Source: Pedobacter sp. | GTDB lineage: Bacteria; Desulfobacterota; Desulfuromonadia; Desulfuromonadales; Syntrophotaleaceae | Assembly (NCBI GenBank): GCA_050253415.1 | Contig: JBFWJC010000007.1 | Coordinates: 1-64,000, forward strand | Length of the DNA: 64,000 nucleotides | Reading direction: 5' to 3' | Part shown: positions 62,395 to 64,000 of the stretch, in pieces | Layout of the letters: each line of letters starts with the position of its first letter | Position numbering within the stretch: the first letter of the stretch is position 1 | The notes under the pieces: model-generated | What the model was told of the DNA's origin: nothing | Databases searched by the model: none | What the model saw: the letters and a program-made list of their open reading frames with translations, nothing else | Made by a program: the position numbers and the translations under genes

Positions 62395-64000
62395 TTATTT
62401 GCTATGGTTTTGGAATCCTGGCTAAAGGTACGTACGGCGCGGGCAATGGCCGTAGCGGCATGGTCCTGATATTTTGAACTACCCAGTCGACTTTCCTCGG
62501 TTTTGTTACTGATAAACGCAGATTCAACCAGGACCGAGGGCATATTGGCTCCCAATAAAACATAAAACGGCCCTTGGCGCACCCCATGATTTTTGACGTT
62601 GGAATAGTGCCGCCCGAGGTGGTCTACCAGGGACTTTTGTATTTCAGCGGCCAACCGGCTTGACTCATTAATTTTGGCATTGGCCATAAGATCAAACAGA
62701 ATAAGTTCCAGGTCACCTACTTCCTTGAGAGAGGTGCCGTTTTCCCTGGCTGCCACAGCAGCAGCCTTGTCGTTTTTTGAAAAATTAAGGTAATAGGTTT
62801 CTATGCCCTGCGCATTACGGTTATTGCTCGCATTGGCATGCACCGATATGAACAAATCGGCACCAACCCTGTTCGCAATGGCGGTTCGTTCTTCCAGCGG
62901 CAGGAAAATATCCCTGTCACGGGTAAGTACCACCTGACAACCCAATTCATTTTCCAGACGAACCGCTAGCCGCTTTGCCATGGCGAGGGTAACATCTTTT
63001 TCCAAAACGCCACTGGGCCCAATGGCCCCCGGATCCTTGCCTCCATGTCCGGCATCAACCACAATGCGCCGCAAGTTCCCTGGCCGCGTGGCTGTCGGCA
63101 GGGTAACCTTCAAGGATTTCTCTTCCGGGGTTTTTTCCAGCACTTTAGCAATGGCGTCCCCGGAACCGGCAACCGGCGCATGCAATTCAGGTTTTGCCGC
63201 CTGCAAGGTAGTCGTCTGTTCCCCAGAAACATCTATAACGATACGCTGTGGATTTTCGAGAGCAAATACCTTGTAATCCTTGAAGGTTTCGAGATCGAGA
63301 ACGACGCGGACCATATCTTTGGCGGGGGTTCCGACCCTTATGCTTTGCAGCAAACCATCGGCAACCTTGGTGGTAGCAGGGACCTGTTCTGCTATCAATC
63401 CGGCCTTAATATCGACATAAAGACGCGGCTGTTGACCTTTTTCGGCACCCAGCAGATGCACCGAGTAACCGGCCGGGCTAGATAATTCGACAACCACCCG
63501 GGTATACCCCGGGCTTGACCAGGAGCGAACCTGACTGACTTCGCCCGCCCGCGAAGACGTACGCACGACAGAAGTCGATGCGGGTTGGCTTGCAACCACA
63601 TTTTTGGGCGCATGAGCCCTTAAGCGCTGTTCGCCTTGACGACACAGAGACACCATATCGCCCTGCGGGTACTTGTCGACGACCTGCTTGTAGCGCACAT
63701 AGGCGCCAGATCGGTCCTCAAGACTTCGCTCCAGAATCAATCCGGCCAAGTAGCCGGCATCGTCCGCCAAATTACTTGCCGGATAACGGCTGACCAAGCG
63801 ATCATAAAACTCCACAGCCTGTTGCGCATCGGCCTTACGCCTGGAAATAGCAAACAATCCTTCGGAGGCTTTCCCTCCGAGATACATGCTGTCGACCGCC
63901 CTGGCATGCCCTGAATAATCCTGGACAAACCCCTCGAATCCGTTAATCACCCGAACCCAATTCTCGCGATAAAGTTTGTTTTTGGATGAATTCTGCAACT
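62391..64000 (-). CDS. N-acetylmuramoyl-L-alanine amidase (TPR-like + AMIN + Amidase_3), 5'-partial
   Basis: VDAGHGGKDPGA, LEKD, SVHAN, PSVLVES; frame stays open to the window edge. Confidence 0.93.
   Translation of the reverse strand, partial: LQNSSKNKLYRENWVRVINGFEGFVQDYSGHARAVDSMYLGGKASEGLFAISRRKADAQQAVEFYDRLVSRYPASNLADDAGYLAGLILERSLEDRSGAYVRYKQVVDKYPQGDMVSLCRQGEQRLRAHAPKNVVASQPASTSVVRTSSRAGEVSQVRSWSSPGYTRVVVELSSPAGYSVHLLGAEKGQQPRLYVDIKAGLIAEQVPATTKVADGLLQSIRVGTPAKDMVRVVLDLETFKDYKVFALENPQRIVIDVSGEQTTTLQAAKPELHAPVAGSGDAIAKVLEKTPEEKSLKVTLPTATRPGNLRRIVVDAGHGGKDPGAIGPSGVLEKDVTLAMAKRLAVRLENELGCQVVLTRDRDIFLPLEERTAIANRVGADLFISVHANASNNRNAQGIETYYLNFSKNDKAAAVAARENGTSLKEVGDLELILFDLMANAKINESSRLAAEIQKSLVDHLGRHYSNVKNHGVRQGPFYVLLGANMPSVLVESAFISNKTEESRLGSSKYQDHAATAIARAVRTFSQDSKTIANK

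Overview
The gene set suggests a Desulfuromonadales-type deltaproteobacterial chromosome (Pelobacter/Syntrophotalea-like; inferred, not determined). There are four zones. (1) 1-~3617 is the edge of an element apparently inserted into dut, which breaks off at GTIDA. It carries small ORFs that look like the toxin-binding C-terminal segments of type II antitoxins (CcdA-like twice, ParD-like, TacA/DUF1778-like), without their DNA-binding domains and with no toxin gene in view. This is the most novel-looking feature. (2) ~3600-24000 holds housekeeping genes: M16 peptidase, pnp, rpsO, truB, DHH phosphoesterase, rbfA, infB, nusA, rimP, three RNA methyltransferases, holC, a 2-oxoacid:ferredoxin oxidoreductase operon and a PPi-type PFK. 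(3) A decayed IS3-family element is followed by a ~31 kb mosaic Wzx/Wzy exopolysaccharide locus with an AT-rich insert. The locus ends in two near-identical PL1 lyase domains, and the larger Calx-beta gene is preceded by a sigma54 promoter, a c-di-GMP-I riboswitch and a leader terminator. (4) apgM, xerD, glnD and a cell-wall amidase. All family assignments come from motif recognition by eye, not database searches.
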